64,000 bases of DNA from Alteromonas sp. (GTDB taxonomy: Bacteria; Pseudomonadota; Gammaproteobacteria; Enterobacterales; Alteromonadaceae), in contig CAXRGW010000040.1 of assembly GCA_964230255.1 (NCBI GenBank), positions 24,329-88,328 on the forward strand, read 5' to 3'. How positions within the stretch are numbered: the stretch's first letter is position 1; the number at the start of each line of letters is the position of its first letter. Shown here in pieces: positions 64,000-64,000 of the stretch. The notes beneath the pieces were generated by a model. It saw nothing but the letters and a program-made list of their open reading frames with translations, was not told the DNA's origin and made no database searches. Both the position numbers and the translations under genes were made by a program.

Positions 64000-64000
64000 A

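Overview
Chromosomal segment of a marine gammaproteobacterium; gene order and protein style suggest Alteromonadaceae (inference). I saw no rRNA, tRNA, CRISPR array, integrase or transposase. Left to right: (1) the end of a beta-1,3-glucan locus (GH149-like phosphorylase, LytS/LytTR pair, GH17). (2) The conserved purF-cvpA-dedD-folC-accD-truA-fimV/hubP-asd-pdxB and fabB-mnmC-yfcL-epmC blocks, interrupted by a Crp/aldolase/hydrolase unit and three tandem FlgO-like lipoprotein genes. (3) A TraF-like barrel plus lipoprotein pair. (4) A fatty-acid catabolism group (fadH, crotonase, TetR, GMC dehydrogenase). (5) A storage-lipid locus that combines Pseudomonas-type PHA-granule genes (phaD-like TetR, phaF-like and phaI-like phasins) with a WS/DGAT, a TGL-type patatin lipase and a DUF445 membrane protein instead of phaC/phaZ, next to fadR. 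This is my best candidate for an undescribed system. (6) A beta-propeller | MipA-DUF3019-two-component unit. (7) dsbB and the ycgN-ycgM-mltB-ycgL-rnd-fadD block. All family calls come from motif recognition by eye; no database search was run.
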